A DNA stretch of 64,000 nucleotides from an uncultured Acidimicrobiales bacterium (GTDB lineage Bacteria; Actinomycetota; Acidimicrobiia; Acidimicrobiales; SZUA-35), in contig CALHCB010000031.1 in NCBI GenBank assembly GCA_937930695.1, forward strand, positions 2,109 through 66,108, given 5' to 3'. The notes below the pieces were generated by a model. The model searched no databases. It was not told the origin of the DNA and was given only the letters and a program-made list of their open reading frames with translations. How positions within the stretch are numbered: position 1 is the first letter of the stretch; the number at the start of each line of letters is the position of its first letter. This document shows positions 16,942 to 25,109 of the stretch, piece after piece. The position numbers and the translations under genes were made by a program.

Positions 16942-17651
16942 GGCGGCGCGGCGTCACCGAAGACGGTGGGAAGGTGCTCGACCATCCGCTGGTGGATCTC
17001 TTCTCCGGCAGGCGACAGCAGGTGATCAGCCCCGGGAATCAGCCATAGATCGCCGACACCAGCGATCATCCTGACCATCTCGCTGGACTGATGAGGCAGG
17101 ATCGTGTCGTTCGTTCCATGAACGAAGAGAAGATTGCGATCGCTCAGCCGATCGGCGTTCTCACAACCCGCTGACTGAGTTGCAAACGTCACGACACCGG
17201 GAACCGATAGCGCATCAAGGTGCGCTGCAGCCTGCACCGCGACCGCTCCCCCGAACGAGTGGCCAAGGATGACGAACTGCATGCCCCCGTGCCGGGCTGC
17301 GAGTTCCATGGCCGCCAGCGTGTCGTGGACGCACATCGGAAGATCGTTTGGACGCCGGTAGCTGACTCTGAGGACGCCGATTCCGTCCTCGGCAAGTGAA
17401 CGACCCAACCGGTGATACACACCGCCGTCTGGGCCAAGAAGCCCACCCATTGCTCCACCCACACACACGACAACCCGTTCGGCATCGGCAGGTCCGTGCC
17501 ACAACAAGGACAGCAACCCCCGCGAGGTGTAGAGCTCGAGATGATCAAGGCCATCGTCGATCGCCACGGTCTGCATCGCAAGCGTGCCGAGCGCATCGAG
17601 CGGTGTCGCATCGTCAGGTTCTTCGCTCGTCGGCGTTGGGTTTTCCACCAT
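16914..17651 (-). CDS. alpha/beta hydrolase
   Basis: 245-aa ORF with the nucleophile elbow GHSFGG and later D and H residues (FVHGTNDTILP, GADHLL) consistent with a catalytic triad. Confidence 0.75.
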   Translation of the reverse strand: MVENPTPTSEEPDDATPLDALGTLAMQTVAIDDGLDHLELYTSRGLLSLLWHGPADAERVVVCVGGAMGGLLGPDGGVYHRLGRSLAEDGIGVLRVSYRRPNDLPMCVHDTLAAMELAARHGGMQFVILGHSFGGAVAVQAAAHLDALSVPGVVTFATQSAGCENADRLSDRNLLFVHGTNDTILPHQSSEMVRMIAGVGDLWLIPGADHLLSPAGEEIHQRMVEHLPTVFGDAAPPQEATNSTS

Positions 17652-17753
17652 GACGAGTTCCTAGCAGCGTCAACTCCTCGATGCCGATTCGGCAATCACT
17701 CCCACCGCTATCGCCCTCGCCAGACTCTGGTGCACCCGGTAGCTTGGCGGACG

Positions 17754-18344
17754 ATGCGTTGGCTCGTCGTGTGTTCGACCCCCCAACCTGACTCGATTGT
17801 CCACGAAGCGTTGCACCATGTCGTCACCGGACTTCAAACCGCTGACCATCACGTCGACGTCATCCACATCGAGCAGGATGAATTCGAGGTCTGCATGAGC
17901 GCGGACGAGCATCGCAACTACGCCACCGTCGCAGAACAGCACCCCGATCCGATGGTGGCCGCACACATTGAATTTCTCCTCAACGCCGATGGGCTGGTCT
18001 TTGTCTTCCCGACCCAATGGTCGGTCCCCGCTGCACTGAAAGGTTGGTGCGAACGGATTCTGCTTCCGGGCGTTGCCTTCGTGCTGCATCCAACGTCCCA
18101 ACTCATCAAGCCAAACCTACGCAACATCCGACATCTCGCCGTCGTCACGACGAACCCCAAGCGAGCTCATCACCGGCTTGGGGTTGGTGATCCGGCACGC
18201 CGGTTGATCATGCGTTCGATCCGGGCGATTTGTCATCGTCGATGCCGGACGAAGTGGCTTTCGTTGTACGACTGCGACCAGACAGATGCCGTCCGCAGTA
18301 GGGCGTTCCTCGACAACATCACCGCAACGTTCGAGGCGTTGTAG
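17754..18344 (+). CDS. flavodoxin-fold NAD(P)H dehydrogenase (quinone)-like protein
   Basis: The ORF is trimmed to the ATG at 17754 (MRWLVVCSTPQPDS). VFVFPTQWSVPAALKGWCERI matches the Flavodoxin_2 signature. Confidence 0.65.
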   Translation: MRWLVVCSTPQPDSIVHEALHHVVTGLQTADHHVDVIHIEQDEFEVCMSADEHRNYATVAEQHPDPMVAAHIEFLLNADGLVFVFPTQWSVPAALKGWCERILLPGVAFVLHPTSQLIKPNLRNIRHLAVVTTNPKRAHHRLGVGDPARRLIMRSIRAICHRRCRTKWLSLYDCDQTDAVRSRAFLDNITATFEAL

Positions 18345-18922
18345 TGGAGCGAGTTCTCGTGGTGGTCACGCACCCAAAGCCCGAGGCGTTCATTCGGTCT
18401 GCCCTGGATCGCGTCCTCAAAGGGCTCACTGCGAGTGGAGTTGAGGTACGGCTCGTCGACCTTGATGAAGAGGGGTTCGGGCCCTCGCCCAGGCCGGAAG
18501 AGGCGACTGATCCCCTCATCGCTGCTGCTTCACTCGCCGAGCACGTCGACAATCTCGCGTGGTGCACGCAGCTGGTATTGGTGTACCCGACCTGGTTCGG
18601 TGGGCCGCCGGCTCGAATGCTCGGTTGGTTCGACCGGCTTTGGCGTCCCAACGTTGGCCTGGATGCATCTGGGCGGCGAAAGAACATCCGCCGAATCGAT
18701 GCGGTCACCACGCACGGATCACCGGCTCGAATCAACTTCCTCCAGGGCAACGGCGGACGAATGATGATCAACCGTGAGCTCAGATTGCGCTGCCACCGTC
18801 TCTGTCGCGTTGGTTGGAACGCGTTGTATTCACTCGATCGGATCAGTTATGAGGAACGACAAAACTGGCTCGACGAAATCGAGGCGGCGTTCGGCCCGGC
18901 CGCCATACAGCCGGAGCCCTAA
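18344..18922 (+). CDS. flavodoxin-fold NAD(P)H dehydrogenase (quinone)-like protein, tandem paralog
   Basis: GTG start overlaps the previous stop (TAGTG). Contains VLVVVTHPKPEAF and VLVYPTWFGGPPARMLGWFDRL. Confidence 0.7.
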   Translation: MERVLVVVTHPKPEAFIRSALDRVLKGLTASGVEVRLVDLDEEGFGPSPRPEEATDPLIAAASLAEHVDNLAWCTQLVLVYPTWFGGPPARMLGWFDRLWRPNVGLDASGRRKNIRRIDAVTTHGSPARINFLQGNGGRMMINRELRLRCHRLCRVGWNALYSLDRISYEERQNWLDEIEAAFGPAAIQPEP

Positions 18923-18955
18923 ACCGACCTCAACAGCGCGCAGAGCCCTCACCCA

Positions 18956-19888
18956 CTAGCTCGCGTCGACAAGTGCGTCGGCCCGTCTCGCCCGACGTTC
19001 TTTCATCCGACCAGCCACCTTGGCGGTCTTGGTGATGTAGGCCATCAGACGTTCTTGAGCCTGCGCTCCTTCGGCGTCGAGCCCTCCAACGTTTGCGATG
19101 TCCCAGAAACCCAACACCACAGGCTCGAGAATTCCCTCGTAGTGGTTTACGAAGTCGTAGATCCCGGCATTCGCGATCAACTTGGAGTGGGCCGCAAAGT
19201 CCGGGATGCCGGTTCCCGGCATCGCGAAGTTGGTGACCTGCCGTTCCAGCGCCGCCATCATTTCTGATGGATTGCGTTCGAATCCGGCTTGGGCGAGATC
19301 GCGATAGAAGAGAAAGTGGTGGTTCTCGTCAGCGGCGACCCGTCGCAAGATGTCGTAACCAACACGGTCATAGGGCTCGATCGCTCGTCCGGTGTTGCGA
19401 TGGGAGATACGGGTCGCCAGTTCCTGAAGCGTGACGTAACACATCCCGTCCGCAGCTGAGGTGGGCTCGGGCACCTCGCCGCCACACATCTGGACCATGC
19501 GACCACGCTCCAACTCAACCGGATCAATCGACCGGCTGACGGTGAGGTAGTCGCGAATCACCGTGGCATGCCTGCCTTCTTCAGCGGTCCAGCGGCGCAC
19601 CCACTCACCCCAAGCCTCGTCCTTGCCGAACATTCGCTCAATGTCTCGGAAGTAGTACGGCAGGTTGTCCTCGGTGAGCAGATTCACGAACAGAGCGCTT
19701 CGAACCTCCGGCGGAAGATTCGCTTCTTCGGGAGACCATTCGTAGTCTTCCTCGAAGTCGCGACCTCGGCTCCACGGCACAAACGTGTGCGGGTGCCACT
19801 CTTTCACCGTTGAGATATGACGCTCGAGCAGTTGCTCAGCAACGGGCAGCAGATCGCCGAGGAACTCGACGTCGGAATCGATGACCAT
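18956..19888 (-). CDS. acyl-ACP desaturase (DesA-type di-iron)
   Basis: 310-aa ORF with the di-iron motifs EEGRHATVIRDY and ENHHFLFY and an N-terminus typical of actinobacterial DesA1/DesA2. Confidence 0.85.
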   Translation of the reverse strand: MVIDSDVEFLGDLLPVAEQLLERHISTVKEWHPHTFVPWSRGRDFEEDYEWSPEEANLPPEVRSALFVNLLTEDNLPYYFRDIERMFGKDEAWGEWVRRWTAEEGRHATVIRDYLTVSRSIDPVELERGRMVQMCGGEVPEPTSAADGMCYVTLQELATRISHRNTGRAIEPYDRVGYDILRRVAADENHHFLFYRDLAQAGFERNPSEMMAALERQVTNFAMPGTGIPDFAAHSKLIANAGIYDFVNHYEGILEPVVLGFWDIANVGGLDAEGAQAQERLMAYITKTAKVAGRMKERRARRADALVDAS

Positions 19889-19893
19889 ACTTC

Positions 19894-19917
19894 AGCCTAC
19901 CTACTGGTCGGTAGGCT
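19894..19917. promoter_or_regulatory. inverted repeat AGCCTACC-N8-GGTAGGCT in the desaturase/ligase divergent region
   Basis: Perfect 8-bp arms at 19894-19901 and 19910-19917, 6 nt upstream of the desaturase ATG. Confidence 0.35.
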
Positions 19918-19965
19918 GGCACGGCGTCGTCAAAGATTCCTCTGAATCCGGGGCAGACTGACGCT

Positions 19966-20955
19966 GTGACCGACTCGAGCTCTGCGAACCGGAGGAAATT
20001 CATCGCTCCGATGAAGGCCGTGACTCGAGGAATCCCCGCAGGTGACGAGTGGATCTCTGACCTGAAGTGGGACGGCATGCGACTCCAGGTCAACATCTTC
20101 GACAACGAGCCAACGCTGTGGTCGGGCTCAGGCCGCAACGTCACCTCGCACTTTCCCGAACTCGCAACCATCACATCCGCAGTCGGGCTGAACGCCGTTC
20201 TCGATGGTGAGGCCGTCGTCTTCGACGGCACCCGCCCAAGCTTTCATCGACTCCAGAATCGCATCCATGTCGCCACACCAACCGCCGCTCTGGTCGAGAG
20301 CCACCCCGTCTTCTTCCTTGCCTTTGATCTCCTGGCGCTCGACGACCAAGAACTCTTCGATGTTCCGTTGGTCGACCGTCGTCGGCTTCTCCGTCAGGTC
20401 CTCGACGAGGGACCAGCATGGCGAGTTCCCTCCTACAGCGAGGGCGACCCCAAAGACCTGTTCGAACTCGCGAAAGACCGAGAGCTGGAAGGCATTGTCT
20501 GCAAGCGACGAACGAGCAAGTATCGGCCGGGTCAGCGATCCCCAGATTGGATCAAGATCAAGATTCGAGCCAGACAGGAGTTCGTAATAGGTGGCTGGCT
20601 CCCCGGCAGCGGCGGCCTTGACGGCACCGTTGGGAGCGTGCTCGTCGGTGTGTACCAGGGCTCCGATCTCGTTTTTGCCGGAGGAGTCGGATCAGGACTC
20701 CGCGATGACACTCGCCGAAGGCTGCTCGATGAGTTGTCGTCAACGGAAGCATGCCCGTTCGTCGACATTCCCGTCCTCGACAAGACACCTCAATGGGTCG
20801 AGCCAACAATGGTGGCCGAAGTCGAGTACAGCCTCTGGGCCGCCGACGGCGTGCTCTGGCATCCGACGTTTTGCGGGCTCCGGATCGACAAGGATCCCCA
20901 GGATGTGGTCCGGGAGACACCGGCAGCCCCGGATCCGGTCGACGACGTGGAATAG
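19966..20955 (+). CDS. ATP-dependent DNA ligase (LigC / LigD ligase-domain type)
   Basis: 329-aa ORF with the adenylation motif I KWDGMRLQ and further ligase motifs (LDGEAVVF, EGIVCKR, DWIKIK). Confidence 0.85.
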   Translation: MTDSSSANRRKFIAPMKAVTRGIPAGDEWISDLKWDGMRLQVNIFDNEPTLWSGSGRNVTSHFPELATITSAVGLNAVLDGEAVVFDGTRPSFHRLQNRIHVATPTAALVESHPVFFLAFDLLALDDQELFDVPLVDRRRLLRQVLDEGPAWRVPSYSEGDPKDLFELAKDRELEGIVCKRRTSKYRPGQRSPDWIKIKIRARQEFVIGGWLPGSGGLDGTVGSVLVGVYQGSDLVFAGGVGSGLRDDTRRRLLDELSSTEACPFVDIPVLDKTPQWVEPTMVAEVEYSLWAADGVLWHPTFCGLRIDKDPQDVVRETPAAPDPVDDVE

Positions 20956-20964
20956 TTGAGGGCA

Positions 20965-21312
20965 ATGGGACAGGCCGGAGAGGAACGTGTACGTGTCGCA
21001 TTCCCTGCGAACGCGAACTATGCGCCAGTCGGCAGGGTTGCCGTCGCGGGTCTGGCCTTGCGACTCGGGGTCGATGTTGGCCAGGTGGAGAACCTTCGAC
21101 TCGCCGTGAGCACGTCGATCGCGGCGCTCGCAGGCGGCGGCACCGTGACGCTGATCGCGACGTGGACCGATGACGAGCTACGGCTCGATCTTGAGAATCC
21201 TCTTGCCGAACCGCGCACCGACGACACGCGCGATCTTGTTGCCGAGCTGTCGCAGCTGGTCACCGAAGCCAGCGTCGGTGCCACACACATTTCGCTCTCG
21301 GTGAACCGGTAA
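20965..21312 (+). CDS. hypothetical protein, anti-sigma (RsbW/HATPase N-terminal)-like
   Basis: VAFPANANYAPVGRVAVAGLALRLGVDVGQVENLRLAVSTSIAAL resembles the N-terminal helices of RsbW-type anti-sigma kinases. No ATP-lid region is present. It starts 10 nt after the ligase stop. Confidence 0.45.
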   Translation: MGQAGEERVRVAFPANANYAPVGRVAVAGLALRLGVDVGQVENLRLAVSTSIAALAGGGTVTLIATWTDDELRLDLENPLAEPRTDDTRDLVAELSQLVTEASVGATHISLSVNR

Positions 21313-21356
21313 TCCACCACGGTCAGGGTGCCCCCTGGATCATGGGCCTGGTGTCG

Positions 21357-21815
21357 TCAGCCGCTCGACCCGAAGCCGTCGCTCCCTCGATCATCGGGCC
21401 CCGGAGGCAGTTCATCGACCTCCACGAAGGCGAGCGCAGGCACAGGGAGCACGAGGAGCTGGGCAATGCGTTGGCCGCGCTCGATGCGGACACGCTCTGA
21501 CCCTGCGTTCGTCATGATGACCTTGATCTCCCCCCGATATCCCGAGTCGATCAATCCAGGGGCGTTGAGCACGGTCAGCCCGTGGTTCGCCGCAAGTCCT
21601 GATCTCGGGAGCACGAGTCCGCAGGCTCCTTCCGGAATGGCCACGGCGAATCCTGTCGGCACCACGAGGCGTTCGCCCGGTTCGAGGGAGCAATCAACCC
21701 GCGATGGAAGATCAGCCGCAGCGTCACCACCCCGGACTCGCCGTGGCGCTTCGAGATCGGGATCAAGCCGAAGCAACGGCACATCGGGAAACGACAGAGG
21801 CACGGGCGAGGACAC
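21357..21815 (-). CDS. dut: dUTP diphosphatase
   Basis: 152-aa ORF with the dUTPase motifs PRSGLA and GLIDSGYRGEI. Confidence 0.9.
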   Translation of the reverse strand: MSSPVPLSFPDVPLLRLDPDLEAPRRVRGGDAAADLPSRVDCSLEPGERLVVPTGFAVAIPEGACGLVLPRSGLAANHGLTVLNAPGLIDSGYRGEIKVIMTNAGSERVRIERGQRIAQLLVLPVPALAFVEVDELPPGPDDRGSDGFGSSG

Positions 21816-21904
21816 AGCGGAACTCTAGCGACCCTCTCTCCGTCGAGCGGACCGTCCGAATCTGACAAAACCCTGCGTCGTCTATCCAGGAGTAGTGTGA
21901 TCGG

Positions 21905-22459
21905 GTGCTCGCCTGGATGGACCTTGAAATGACCGGCCTGGAGCCGGCAAAACACGTGATCGTCGAGATTGCGACGCTCATCACCGACGACGAGTTGAAC
22001 ATCGTCGCGGAAGGGCCGGAGCTCGTCATCCACGCCACCGAAGCTGAGCTCGCCGGGATGGAACAGGTCGTGGTCGACATGCACACGAAGTCTGGACTGC
22101 TCGATCAGATTCGGGCTTCGACAATGACGCTCGAAGAAGCAGGTGCACAAACGCTTGCCTTTCTCAAAGAGCACATCCCCGAGCGCACCGTGCCCCTTTG
22201 CGGCAACTCGATCGGCATGGATCGACGGTTCCTCGACGCCTATCTCCCAGAGATCGAGAACTACCTCCATTACCGCTCGGTCGACGTGTCGACCATCAAG
22301 GAGCTGTCGCGTCGTTGGTATCCCGACACGCTGAACGAGGCACCACGCAAGGCGGTTGCGCACCGCGCGCTCGATGACATTCGCGAGAGCATCGAAGAGC
22401 TTCGTCACTACCGCGAGACGGTTTTTCGGGCGCCGAACGCAGGTCCGGCGGCCTCCTGA
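21905..22459 (+). CDS. orn: oligoribonuclease
   Basis: 184-aa ORF with the DEDDh motifs WMDLEMTGL and a C-terminal HRALDDIRESI. Confidence 0.9.
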   Translation: MLAWMDLEMTGLEPAKHVIVEIATLITDDELNIVAEGPELVIHATEAELAGMEQVVVDMHTKSGLLDQIRASTMTLEEAGAQTLAFLKEHIPERTVPLCGNSIGMDRRFLDAYLPEIENYLHYRSVDVSTIKELSRRWYPDTLNEAPRKAVAHRALDDIRESIEELRHYRETVFRAPNAGPAAS

Positions 22460-22492
22460 GGCGGCAGCGAGCCGCCAGTCAGTTCGCCGGAC

Positions 22493-23260
22493 TCAGCACA
22501 GCTCGATCCGCGCCGTTGCAGCAACAAAAGCCTCGGAACCGTCCGGGTCGCTCGCGTGCCACCACACCGTGGTTCCCCACTCTTCAGTGAGCGGATCAAT
22601 GGCGTCGACCGCTTCCAATTCGACCGAATGCCCAGAGTTGATCCCTGCGCCGTATTCGATGATGGCGCGAAACGACGGAGGCCGCCGATCATCAGTCAGG
22701 CGCTCCTCGATCACGGCCCAGTACGCCGCGTTGTTCATGTGACGTTGTGTGTCGAAGTCGACCGCCCGTGTGGGCCACGATTCGCGAGTCCCGCTCCCGT
22801 CTGACTTTGGGAGAACAAGCGATGCCCCAACCGTTCGGTCACCAGCCGCCGGCCCGTAAATCTCAAGGAATTGATCGGTGAGTCCCAGCGGCCGAAGCCG
22901 AACCGGATCGATGTGGATCCAGAGCGTTGCGACTTCGTAGTGCGCTCCCGCTGACCCAAGCACCTGAATCCGACGTTCTGCCCACCGGCGACCAAGCCCT
23001 CCACAAAATGTGGTGAGAGAGAGTTCCTCCGCCAGCACCGCATGATGATGCACGCGCACCTCGGTTTTACGAACCACCCAGGCGGTGGACTCGTCGAGTT
23101 CGGCGTCGGTCGTGTCGTCGCTCGACACGTCCTGGGTGTATCGCGTCAAGGCGTCGAGTCGAAAACATCCTCCCGGATCGACATCGCCGAGCCGGACCTT
23201 TCTCGTGGCAGAAAACTTCCGGCCAATAGAGGGAACTGGGCCCATATCGGGTGTGGTCAC
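22493..23260 (-). CDS. acyl-ACP thioesterase family protein
   Basis: 255-aa ORF with a double hot-dog layout (two repeats, each starting with R..DVD..G / VDFD...HMNNAAY). Confidence 0.65.
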   Translation of the reverse strand: MTTPDMGPVPSIGRKFSATRKVRLGDVDPGGCFRLDALTRYTQDVSSDDTTDAELDESTAWVVRKTEVRVHHHAVLAEELSLTTFCGGLGRRWAERRIQVLGSAGAHYEVATLWIHIDPVRLRPLGLTDQFLEIYGPAAGDRTVGASLVLPKSDGSGTRESWPTRAVDFDTQRHMNNAAYWAVIEERLTDDRRPPSFRAIIEYGAGINSGHSVELEAVDAIDPLTEEWGTTVWWHASDPDGSEAFVAATARIELC

Positions 23261-23391
23261 ATGCGTAGTAAATCAGTCGTTGCTCAGAAATCTTTCTTGA
23301 CGATGCCGTAATTCGGTTGACAGTCCGTTCCCTTCGTAGTTCCCTTTCCCAAGACAGCGAACCGCCCCTCTTCCCAGAAAGGACACCGACG

Positions 23392-23640
23392 ATGATGAAC
23401 ATGAACTCACCACAGCAGTTCCGCACCGCCCTCGTAGCGACGCCGCGCGTTTCCCGTCCGGTGACCTATCTGGGCCATGCGGCTGCCACAGACACCGGTA
23501 TGTGCGCCCAAATCGCCGAGCGCGGTCTCACCATGACCACGTCCGCCATTTGCGCCCATACCAAGTCCTTCGTCGGCGCGTGGAATGTCAATCCGGCATT
23601 TGCCCACAAGGACCACTCCCAGCGTGAGAGACCGACCTGA
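23392..23640 (+). CDS. 82-codon leader ORF (uORF) of the WhiB7-like gene
   Basis: ATG-ATG start preceded by AGAAAGGA. The stop lies 26 nt upstream of a perfect intrinsic terminator. The last codons contain CTCCCAGCG, identical to part of the terminator 3' arm. Confidence 0.45.
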   Translation: MMNMNSPQQFRTALVATPRVSRPVTYLGHAAATDTGMCAQIAERGLTMTTSAICAHTKSFVGAWNVNPAFAHKDHSQRERPT

Positions 23641-23665
23641 TTTATCGAACACAGGTCAAGGACTC

Positions 23666-23708
23666 AGAACCGCTGGGAGCACAAGCTCCCAGCGGTTCTT
23701 TCGTTTTT
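23666..23708 (+). terminator. intrinsic terminator / attenuator in the whiB7-like leader
   Basis: Perfect 15-bp stem AGAACCGCTGGGAGC-acaa-GCTCCCAGCGGTTCT followed by TTCGTTTTT, 120 nt upstream of the WhiB start. Confidence 0.8.
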
Positions 23709-23828
23709 CGGCCGCATTTCCACCCACAAGGCGTCGACGCACCGGTCGAACGCCGCACACATCCACCACCTAGCAACCGCTTGAGCGCCTTCCTCTGAAG
23801 CGCAACTCCGAAATTTGAGGGGACCACA

Positions 23829-24260
23829 ATGACCATCACCATCGAACCGAAACCTCCCAGTACCCAGTCCGGCGTTGGCACGCCGGTTGCAATGCCTGTC
23901 ACCATCGCCAGCTCGTTCGACGAGCCGGTCCGGGGATTGACGAGCCCCATGGCCGAAAGCTGGTGGACAGCTGCGGCTTGTCGTGAAGTGCCGGGAGCCG
24001 GCGACATGTTCTTCTCTGAGGAGTTGCAGGACATCGCTGCATCCAAGCGAGTCTGCGCCGAGTGCCCGGTGATCGCACCGTGTCTCGAAGGCGCAATCAC
24101 GCGGCGCGAGCCATGGGGTGTCTGGGGTGGACAGTTGTTCCTCAACGGGAAGATCTTGGCCAAAAAGCGGCGTCGGGGTCGTCCTCCGAAGAACCCACGG
24201 CCCGAGGACTTGATCCCGGACATCCCCGTGCCCGACCACTTGCAAAAGCTGATTGCGTAG
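23829..24260 (+). CDS. whiB7: WhiB-family transcription factor with C-terminal AT-hook (WhiB7/WblC-like)
   Basis: Cys pattern C-x24-C-x2-C-x5-C (CREV...CAECPVIAPC), the EPWGVWGG turn, and a C-terminal KKRRRGRPPKNPRP AT-hook. A GAGGGGA SD sits upstream of the ATG. Confidence 0.85.
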   Translation: MTITIEPKPPSTQSGVGTPVAMPVTIASSFDEPVRGLTSPMAESWWTAAACREVPGAGDMFFSEELQDIAASKRVCAECPVIAPCLEGAITRREPWGVWGGQLFLNGKILAKKRRRGRPPKNPRPEDLIPDIPVPDHLQKLIA

Positions 24261-24323
24261 CAATCAGCCCATATGACAGTTGATTGCATCGCTCAACAGC
24301 ACAGCAATCAGCCCATATGACAG
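24259..24323. repeat. two perfect 21-bp direct repeats AGCAATCAGCCCATATGACAG, each paired with an upstream GATTGC arm
   Basis: Copies at 24259-24279 and 24303-24323. Palindrome GCTGATTGC-gta-GCAATCAGC (24248-24268) straddles the WhiB stop codon. A second arm GTTGATTGC (24279-24287) pairs with 24304-24312. Confidence 0.85.
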
Positions 24324-24518
24324 CTGACGTTTCGGGAGTTTCTGAGGACGAGTGACGACATCGTCGAGCCCTTCCAACAGCGCTCCCGAAGACACCCGAG
24401 CTGGCACCTCCGACGCACTGCGGTGAAGAGGAGGTGCCAGACTCGCGTTGAGAAGTTGTTCTCACGTTGTTCATGGCCCGCGGGAATTGCAGTGACCCAC
24501 GATCGGTTTGGAGTCGTT

Positions 24519-25109
24519 ATGAGTGAAGAGTTTCCTTCAGCTGACGACGGCACGTCGGGCGCGACCGAAGAGCGCACCGCACGTTCCTGGATCACCCCGG
24601 TGGCGATTGGGTTCGTCGTACTGATCGGACTCGTCGCGGTCTTTGCTGGTGGTGATTCGACCAGTGCCGACCCATCGGGAGATCTCGCCACTCTCTCCGA
24701 ATTCCCTCTCGCCCTCCCTGACGGGTCAGAAACGACACTGGCTCGTCATGCTGGCGAACCTCTTGTCTTGAACTACTTCGCCGCGTGGTGCCCACCCTGT
24801 GCGGCCGAACTGCCAGACTTCGAGGCGGTCAGCCAGCAACGACTCGATGAGGTGACCTTTGTTGGCATCAGCCGCGACAACACCCTCGGCGCTTGGGAAG
24901 GCTTGATCGAACAGACCGGTGTGACCTTTGAGACTCTGTACGAGGGTGGTGTCCGCGGCTCGTTTGAAGAGGTCGGCGGGCTCGCCATGCCCACCACGGT
25001 GTTCATCACTGCAGACGGTGAGATCGCTCAAGTCTTCAGCGGCCCATTGAATGACGAGTTGCTCAATGACCTCATTGACGAGCATCTCACAACCGAAGGA
25101 ACGAACTAA
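24519..25109 (+). CDS. TlpA/ResA-family thiol-disulfide oxidoreductase (membrane-anchored thioredoxin)
   Basis: The ORF is trimmed to the ATG at 24519, which has a GGAG SD. It has a TM anchor (WITPVAIGFVVLIGLVAVF) and the active site WCPPC. Confidence 0.8.
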   Translation: MSEEFPSADDGTSGATEERTARSWITPVAIGFVVLIGLVAVFAGGDSTSADPSGDLATLSEFPLALPDGSETTLARHAGEPLVLNYFAAWCPPCAAELPDFEAVSQQRLDEVTFVGISRDNTLGAWEGLIEQTGVTFETLYEGGVRGSFEEVGGLAMPTTVFITADGEIAQVFSGPLNDELLNDLIDEHLTTEGTN

